Shown piece by piece: positions 7,373 through 11,086 of a stretch of DNA of 11,086 nucleotides. The DNA comes from Archangiaceae bacterium (lineage in GTDB: Bacteria > Myxococcota > Myxococcia > Myxococcales > Myxococcaceae): assembly GCA_043750125.1 (NCBI GenBank), contig JAYVCD010000165.1:1-11086 (forward strand), in the 5' to 3' direction. The translations under genes were made by a program, and so were the position numbers. Under the pieces are notes generated by a model. It saw nothing but the letters and a program-made list of their open reading frames with translations. It was not told where the DNA came from and made no database searches. Every line of letters starts with the position of its first letter. The stretch's first letter is position 1.

Positions 7373-8245
7373 TCAGGGCGAGCTCGCAGTGCACGGCAGA
7401 TGCTCGCACTCTTGAACATAGAGGCCCCGCCCCGGGACCAGCACCGACTGGGTGCGCTGAAGCCTGGGAGCCGTCTCGCGCCCTCCGGTGTTCACGTCCA
7501 GCTCGATTGCCCACTCGCCCTCGGGACCACACGACAGCACGGCGCGGTGGCCTTCTTTGCGCCACCAGAGGAACTCCACCCCGCAGGGGGCCTCACCGAG
7601 GATCTTCGTCAGCCGCTGGGCGTCGTAGACGAACAGCCCTCCGCCGGTGACGACTGCGACGCGCTGCCCATCGCCGCTCACCGTCAACTGCACCTCTTCG
7701 GGAGGCACCGCGGGAAGCTGGGCCACGGCGAGCACCGTGCGTTGACTGTCGAGCGCGACCAGTCGGCCCTGAGCGTCGATGGTGACCACCCCGAACGCGG
7801 TGCCAACCAACCCGACCGGAGTCACTTCGGCGACGCGCTCGACTTTTCCTTCCGCCAGCCGCCACAGCTCAGGAGGGGTATTGGTCTCGGCCCGGCGCGA
7901 GAACCAGAGCTCGCCCTTCAAATCGAAGGACGCGCGGGTGATGCCGGTCACTTCGTAGAAGCTGGCCGGACCCTGGTCCGAGCAGAGCGCGAGCCGGGAC
8001 CCGGAGTACGCCACCGCCTGCATTCCGAAGACCGCAAAACCGGTGCGATCTGCCGGCAAGGCGGTGAGCAGGCAGCTGTTCTGGTGCCCAAAGTTCGGAT
8101 CCGTGGTGGGCGTGACGGCGAAGTACGGCAGCGCGGAGGTTACGACGTAAACCACCACCCCGAGCGCGCCGGCAATGGCCAGCGACAGCAAGAAGGGGAG
8201 CAGCGGTCGCTGGAGGCGCTTCTTCGCTTCCCGATTGAGGACCAC
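7373..8245 (-). CDS. Hypothetical single-pass membrane protein with a probable beta-propeller-like, Cys-containing extracytoplasmic domain
   Basis: Fills the gap between PilZ and the globin with short spacers. Basic N-terminus and hydrophobic helix, then beta-rich repeats such as FDLKGELWF and VSGDGQRVAV. Confidence 0.7.
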   Translation of the reverse strand: MVLNREAKKRLQRPLLPFLLSLAIAGALGVVVYVVTSALPYFAVTPTTDPNFGHQNSCLLTALPADRTGFAVFGMQAVAYSGSRLALCSDQGPASFYEVTGITRASFDLKGELWFSRRAETNTPPELWRLAEGKVERVAEVTPVGLVGTAFGVVTIDAQGRLVALDSQRTVLAVAQLPAVPPEEVQLTVSGDGQRVAVVTGGGLFVYDAQRLTKILGEAPCGVEFLWWRKEGHRAVLSCGPEGEWAIELDVNTGGRETAPRLQRTQSVLVPGRGLYVQECEHLPCTASSP

Positions 8246-8257
8246 CGGGGTGAAGAC

Positions 8258-8587
8258 TTACTTCTTCTTCAGGCGGCGGGGGCGCTTCTCGAGTTTCTGA
8301 AATACGTCCTTCAGGCCTTCGGGCATCTGATTGAAGCGCACGCCGATCTGGCTGAAGACCGAAGCCATCGGGTTTCCGGGAATCGCCCACGCGACCCAGC
8401 CGCGAAACGCGATCTCTTTGTCCTCGAGCAGAAAGTACCCGTCGACCTGCGAGCCGGGAAGGAAGACCTGGGGCAGCTCGGCGCTGAAGCCTCCGCGGGA
8501 AACGTCGGCGGTGAGCGCGGGAAGTTTGCGGCCCAATGAAAGCGGCAGGCGAAGGCTGCGTCGTAGAGTGGTTCGGCGAGTGGTCAT
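8258..8587 (-). CDS. Stand-alone PilZ-domain protein (putative c-di-GMP receptor)
   Basis: RxxxR (RTTLR) and DxSxxG (DVSRGG) motifs, plus GWVAW and IGVRF strands; 109 aa. Confidence 0.88.
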   Translation of the reverse strand: MTTRRTTLRRSLRLPLSLGRKLPALTADVSRGGFSAELPQVFLPGSQVDGYFLLEDKEIAFRGWVAWAIPGNPMASVFSQIGVRFNQMPEGLKDVFQKLEKRPRRLKKK

Positions 8588-9477
8588 GGTCCAGGGACGG
8601 TGACACAGGCCTGTCGCACGGCAATTTTTTGACGGGTCCGAACTTTCCGCGGATTTTTATTTCGCGCGCACCGCAAGCTTCGTCCGCGCGAACGGCCCAG
8701 CAGCGCGCCGCCCAGGAAGGCGACGAGCACCACCATCGGCATTCCTCCGCTGGTGCTGCAGCCAGACTCGCCCTCGACCACTCCGTCGGATTGCGGAGAG
8801 GCGTTGTAGTGATTGCCGTTGTTGGTCGGGAGGCGGTCTTTGGGCACTGTCGCAGTCCCCGCGTCCGCGTCCGCGTCCGCGTCCGCGCTCGGAGTCGGAG
8901 TGGGCGTCGGGTTGCCCGCGTCAGGCATGGGAAGGGGAATGACTCCGGCGTCGGGAATGGGAGTCACGCCCGCGTCGGTGCCGACCGGAAGGCGGACGGT
9001 GATGGTGAGGGTGTTCATCGCCGCGCCATCGCCGCTGGGGTCGACGTTGTTGTTGCTCGACAGACCGGCGACCGAAAGGACCATCGGGCCCGCTGTCAGG
9101 GGCGCCGTCACCGCGAAGCTGAAGATCGCGCTGGAGCCGGTGAAGGCCTTGGCCGCGGATTGAACCACCTCGCCATTGAGAACCTTGCTCCCCGCGCCGG
9201 CGGTGAAGCTCGCGCTGCCCGAGTTCGCGCCACTCAACGAAGCGTCCATTCCGGCGTTGACCGCCGGCCCTCCGGTGATGGTCACTGTGTAATTGCCGCT
9301 CATCCCCGCGGTGAGGGTGGCCGGGCCGGCGAGGGCGACCGCGGTGGCAGCACCTCCCGCATGGCAGCTGGTGCAGATGGAGCCGCCGGCTTTCCCGGAA
9401 TAGCCCGAGATGCCGCCGGGAACCGCAAACGAGGTCAGGGGAAACACGAGGACGACGAGCAGGGCCGCGGTTCGCAC
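8584..9477 (-). CDS. CxxCH/Reeler-like surface protein with MYXO-CTERM sorting signal (MXAN_6652-like), 297 aa
   Basis: Likely GTG start at 9477. Signal peptide MRTAALLVVLVFPLTSFA, GYSGK..CTSCH (9361-9375), beta-rich domain, PDAG/TP/DA linker, then GCSTSGG, a hydrophobic helix and RSRGR. Confidence 0.8.
   Translation of the reverse strand: MRTAALLVVLVFPLTSFAVPGGISGYSGKAGGSICTSCHAGGAATAVALAGPATLTAGMSGNYTVTITGGPAVNAGMDASLSGANSGSASFTAGAGSKVLNGEVVQSAAKAFTGSSAIFSFAVTAPLTAGPMVLSVAGLSSNNNVDPSGDGAAMNTLTITVRLPVGTDAGVTPIPDAGVIPLPMPDAGNPTPTPTPSADADADADAGTATVPKDRLPTNNGNHYNASPQSDGVVEGESGCSTSGGMPMVVLVAFLGGALLGRSRGRSLRCARNKNPRKVRTRQKIAVRQACVTVPGP
8861..8884. repeat. In-frame hexanucleotide tandem repeat (GCGTCC)x4 encoding an Asp-Ala linker
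   Basis: Four exact copies visible, next to degenerate Thr-Pro hexamers at about 8888-8911. Confidence 0.85.
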
Positions 9478-9643
9478 GGGGGTGGATAATCCAAGCGGCG
9501 TGCCGGCCTTGATCCGCGTCGTTCGGGAAGTCAGGCCTTCGGAACCACTTCTGTTTTCCATCAGATGGACCGTTGCGCTCCTAGCGCACTGGACTGCACA
9601 TGGAGCAGCGTCGCGCCCCCATTCAGTGCTAACGCAGGACGCC

Positions 9644-11086
9644 ATGAGTCCCCTGGTGACCTCGTTGCTGTTGGCGGTGGGCGTCGGAGCTTTCGGCTTC
9701 ACGATGTTCGGGCGAATGAAGGCGCTGCTGGCCTTGAAGCCCGACGCGAGTCGCTTCAACCGGATCCCCGAACGGCTCGGAGCGCTGCTCAAGTTCGGGC
9801 TCGGCCAGAAGCGCATGGTCGACCCCGAAGAGTTCACCCCCGGGCTGATGCACGTCCTGATCTTCGCCGCGTTTCTGATCGTCCAGCTGCGCACGGTGAT
9901 GATGTTCGTGATGGGCTTCTCGCAGACTGCGATTTCGGTGCTCGGCAATCTGAACCACCCCTTCTGGGTCGAGCACGGGGCCCTGTCGTCGGCGTATTCG
10001 GCGTACCTGGTCCTCAAAGACGTGGCGGCGGGCCTGGCGGTGATCGGCGTCGCGTACTTCATGTTCCTTCGGCTGGTGGTGAAGCCCGACCGGCTCACCC
10101 GTTCGAAAGAAGCGATGTTGATCCTCGGCTTCATCGGCGGACTGATGGTGACCGAGTTCGTCTTCGGAGCGATGCACCTGCGCGAGCAAGGCTTGAGCTG
10201 GTCGAGAGCCGAGCCGGTGACCAGCGCCGTCGCCCTGGCGCTGCAGGGCGTGCCGAACGAAGCGCTTCACTGGATGGGAGTCGTCAGCTTCTGGACCCAC
10301 CTGTGCATCGTCCTCGCCTTCTTGAATTTCCTTCCGCAGGGAAAGCACTTTCACGTCATCGTCGGCTTGCCCAACGTCTTCTTGAAGCCGTTGCCGCCCG
10401 ACCCGGCCCACCCGATTTCCAGCAGCGCCAAGCTGTCGACTCCGAACCTCGAGAAAGAAGAGTTCGGAATGAAGTCCTTCAAGGACCTCACCTGGAAACA
10501 AGGCCTCGACTTGAACAGCTGCACCGAGTGCGGCCGCTGCCAGACCCACTGTCCGACGTACATCACCGGCAAGCCGCTGACCCACAAGGGCGTCAACCAG
10601 ACGCTGAAACATTTCCTCTGGGACCACGAGAAGCAGCTGGGCGCGAAGGCCGACGGGCCGGCGGTGGCCGCTGATGGTGGGGCTCCTGCGGCGAGTCCGA
10701 CCGCGCTGCCCGAGCTGCCCAATCTCGTTCCGGGGATTCTGGCGGCCGAGACCATCTGGGCCTGCACCTCGTGTGGCTGGTGCGAGCAGGCGTGCCCGGT
10801 GTTCATCGAGAACGTCCCCCGGTTGATCGACATGCGCCGCTACCAGGTGCAGGTCGAGGCGAGCTTTCCTCCTGAGCTGCAGCGCGTCTTCGAAGGAATG
10901 GAACGCCAGGGCAACCCGTGGGGCATCGGCCAGGACAAGCGGGACGAATGGGAAGGCGAGCTGAAGCTTCCGCGCTGGGGCGATGGGGGCGGGCCGTACG
11001 AGTACCTGTTCTTCGTCGGCTGCGCGGGCAGCTACGACGAGCGGATGAAGAAGGTCTCGCGCTCGGTGGTGAAGATCCTCAACGAG
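9644..11086 (+). CDS. Membrane-bound Fe-S oxidoreductase, FadF/heterodisulfide reductase (HdrD)-like, 3' truncated
   Basis: Translated by hand from ATG 9644 (MSPLVTSLLLAVG...). Multi-TM N-terminus with MHVLIF, WTH and KHFH histidines; CTECGRCQTHCP and CTSCGWCEQACP 4Fe-4S motifs; GNPWG; start of a cysteine-rich CCG domain (FVGCAGSYD). Open to the window end and therefore absent from the ORF track. Confidence 0.93.
   Translation, partial: MSPLVTSLLLAVGVGAFGFTMFGRMKALLALKPDASRFNRIPERLGALLKFGLGQKRMVDPEEFTPGLMHVLIFAAFLIVQLRTVMMFVMGFSQTAISVLGNLNHPFWVEHGALSSAYSAYLVLKDVAAGLAVIGVAYFMFLRLVVKPDRLTRSKEAMLILGFIGGLMVTEFVFGAMHLREQGLSWSRAEPVTSAVALALQGVPNEALHWMGVVSFWTHLCIVLAFLNFLPQGKHFHVIVGLPNVFLKPLPPDPAHPISSSAKLSTPNLEKEEFGMKSFKDLTWKQGLDLNSCTECGRCQTHCPTYITGKPLTHKGVNQTLKHFLWDHEKQLGAKADGPAVAADGGAPAASPTALPELPNLVPGILAAETIWACTSCGWCEQACPVFIENVPRLIDMRRYQVQVEASFPPELQRVFEGMERQGNPWGIGQDKRDEWEGELKLPRWGDGGGPYEYLFFVGCAGSYDERMKKVSRSVVKILNE

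Noticed and set aside
8661-8692. Hairpin as an intrinsic terminator
   Set aside because: Followed by an A-tract, not a U-tract, on the transcribed minus strand.
2000-9489. Long + strand ORFs (2000..3196, 3343..3993, 4080..4727, 6739..7650, 7337..8539, 8536..9489)
   Set aside because: Antisense shadows of well-supported minus-strand genes, with no recognisable domains.
9478-10134. N-terminal part of the 516-aa ORF 8584..10134
   Set aside because: Mostly antisense to the Fe-S oxidoreductase gene; the signal peptide starts at 9477.
9565-10833. ORFs 9565..10674 (+), 9629..10627 (-) and 10351..10833 (-)
   Set aside because: Alternative frames of the true CDS starting at 9644.
1-11086. CRISPR array, tRNA/rRNA, transposase or integrase
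   Set aside because: No regularly spaced repeats, RNA gene signatures or recombinase motifs were seen.

Overview
GC-rich window that looks myxobacterial (MYXO-CTERM protein, stand-alone PilZ protein, sigma-54 promoter). Almost all genes are on the minus strand. From left to right: the 3' end of a + strand CDS; a LysR regulator; an M14 zinc peptidase; a three-gene exported operon (Tat DUF1501-like protein, lipoprotein, CxxCH protein with DUF1585/1588-like motifs) behind a well-formed sigma-54 promoter; a vapBC toxin-antitoxin pair; a SpoIID/LytB protein; a group II truncated haemoglobin; a membrane-anchored hypothetical protein; PilZ; a CxxCH MYXO-CTERM surface protein; and a divergent FadF-like membrane Fe-S oxidoreductase that runs off the end and is missing from the ORF track. 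The best candidate for an undescribed system is the sigma-54-driven three-gene envelope module. It is bracketed by three intergenic copies of a GTGGGCGGCA motif, one of which forms a mirror-image promoter pointing antisense into vapC. All family assignments are from motif recognition by eye, not from database searches.
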